Shown here piece after piece: positions 37,139 through 38,915 of a DNA stretch of 38,915 nucleotides (its first letter is position 1; the number at the start of each line of letters is the position of its first letter). Location of the stretch: assembly GCA_008369845.1 (NCBI GenBank), contig MRSU01010306.1, positions 1 to 38,915 on the forward strand. The letters run 5' to 3'. Origin of the DNA: Trichomonas gallinae (taxonomy: Eukaryota). The notes under the pieces were generated by a model that saw nothing but the letters and a program-made list of their open reading frames with translations, did no database searches and was not told the origin of the DNA. Both the position numbers and the translations under genes were made by a program.

Positions 37139-38518
37139 TTACAATATTTTTCTCATGAAATCCTGGAATAAGTGTTGATTGACTTCCATGGCTTCTTTCG
37201 GACGAATGCTTGATCTGAATATCGACAAAATCTCGATGCATCGCACTCCATTCTGGCTGGGGAACACAGAGTTAGCGATGAGCCCGTAAGTGACGCCATT
37301 ATCATCATCGAAAGAAGGTGGCGTGAAGATGTGCGAAGGCGTCAAAACTTCTTTATTGTCATTTAAAAATCTCAGCTGGTAGCAAAACTGATAGTCCAAG
37401 GATCCCCACATCATTGTCGTGTATCCATGCATTATAGCGTTGAAGGCGTAGCTGGCCATCTTCCTAGTCAGCATATGATACTTCTCGCCTGCAGTTTTGG
37501 CGTCAACTTTGTTGTAGTTTTCTATCAACTTCAAAGTTTGCTCTTCTGGCATCTCCCAGACGTCACCAGCTGTCCTGTTGATGCACATGAAGTGTATGAG
37601 GTCCTCGTTGATCATTGTAGAAGGCTCGAAGCGCTCATTCATTGGATTGTTTAAAAGAAATTGGCATAAGTTCGACATGTAGACATTTAGTTGCTGCTGT
37701 ACTTGCACGGGCATTTTCGTGTTCTCGCTGACGACAACGATGATATTTCCGGACTTTTCTGCGCATTTGCTGCAAGAAATCGTGCATCCGACTGGAGTTC
37801 TTTCTAGACGTAGAAATGCGCTCTTGTGTTTAGCACTGGCTCCACTTTTAACGTATTCGGGGTCAAATGTGTTGCTATCGAAGTTGTTGTCGCTGTTTAA
37901 ATCTGGAAATTCGACATTTACGAAAATTTGAATAAGCGAAATGATTTCTGGTTCTAATTTCGACGCTTTAGGATTCTTGAAATGCAATGCGATTTCATTT
38001 CCTTGGAAAAGAAAAACTGCAATTAATTTTATCGGAATATCTTTAGGTACAGGTGGGACTTTCTCTAAGAAAAAGTGCTGTAGTTCGTGTGTGTCGTCTG
38101 TAAATCGTAATGTACTAAGCAAAAAGTGGTGATCATTTTGACATAATTTTAAATAAGTGTCAACGTAACGTGCAAATACTTGTCTCTTTGAGAGGGAGAT
38201 ATTCCTACGCATAACAGATTCGAATCTTGTGCCAAAAAGGAAAATAAGAATTTCTCGAGCAGTTTGAAGAATAAATCGAAGCATTTCAGCGCCAAAATCT
38301 TCGTTCGTCTCTATAAAAAACAGCATGCCTCTCCATTGTTGGAGAACAATGAATAAATCGCCAGCTTTGAAGAACTGAAAATCTTCCTTCAATTGCTCTT
38401 TAAGATACGTGATTGTCGTAAGCAGGGTCATGTTGTCGTTCCTGTGGTGACTCTCATCGCTCTGGATTTCGACCGGATAAAAAGTAGTAGTGTCTGAAAT
38501 AACGCGAATCTTGGTCAT
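37139..38518 (-). CDS. HPS1: HPS1-like tri-longin protein (BLOC-3 subunit; Mon1/Fuzzy/HPS1 family)
   Basis: N-terminal longin region ([28 protein letters not shown]). C-terminal motifs match remembered HPS1 sequence: [13 protein letters not shown] ~ [34 protein letters not shown] ~ [31 protein letters not shown] ~ VRCYELLALH. Confidence 0.8.
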   Translation of the reverse strand: [459 protein letters not shown]

Positions 38519-38915
38519 TTTTTGATTTTTTAATTTGCTGTTTTATTTATTATTTGGAATATGCTCTTTTTAAGATGCTTATTTTTCTGCTCAAAATCGA
38601 CAAATTCGTGAGATTTAAAACTATTTTTATATCACAGTTTGAGAATAATAAGAATGAATTCCAATTTTTGTCAGCAAATTCTCTTTAAAAGAAAATTAAG
38701 CAAACTCATCGAAATATTATTTCTTAATTTGAAATTTTTGAATTTTTATTGATCAATTATTCGAATAATGTTGCAAACAAGATGATGGTTGTGTATCTAA
38801 ATACATAATAAAATAATACCATTGAATTAAATTATTGAATTTAAGGGGGTAGGTTTGAATAGTTTACATTTTTATACTTGTTTGCTTCCTAACGCCTCAT
38901 AGTCGAGCATTAGCT

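Noticed and set aside
1261..38132. Numerous 60-190 aa ORFs overlapping the long genes (antisense or alternate frame)
   Set aside because: They are shadows of the main CDSs, often from low-complexity or codon-biased sequence. Many start at non-ATG codons and none shows a recognisable motif.
1..38915. Spliceosomal introns, tRNA/rRNA genes, Maverick or mariner elements
   Set aside because: No ACTAAC-N-CAG type intron 3' motif interrupting a gene, no RNA-gene signatures, and no transposase, integrase, polB or long terminal inverted repeats were seen.

Overview
AT-rich, gene-dense eukaryotic DNA with no recognisable introns. It is most consistent with a parabasalid such as Trichomonas: long single-exon genes, TCA(T/C)T(T/A) initiator elements a few to ~25 nt before many ATGs, and TAAA signals overlapping several stop codons. 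The window holds 14 intact genes and one ankyrin pseudogene. In order: FANCI-like solenoid protein; small coiled-coil protein; SAMHD1-like HD protein with degenerate catalytic residues; importin-alpha-like ARM protein; importin-4-like karyopherin; small putative DNA-binding protein; ankyrin pseudogene; four-GAF class I phosphodiesterase; CARMIL-like PH-LRR protein; type I membrane protein; 1531-aa HEAT protein with collinear huntingtin-like segments; free Met-R-sulfoxide reductase (MsrC); mucin-like IPT/TIG membrane protein; USP deubiquitinase with a Cys-His-Ser triad; HPS1-like tri-longin protein. The most notable observations are the half-size huntingtin-like protein, the apparent SAMHD1 pseudoenzyme, a helically phased TGYCATGTAA motif array in its divergent promoter (recurring upstream of msrC), and the compact FANCI. 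No rRNA, tRNA, CRISPR array or intact transposon was recognised. All homology calls were made by eye against remembered sequences, not by database search.
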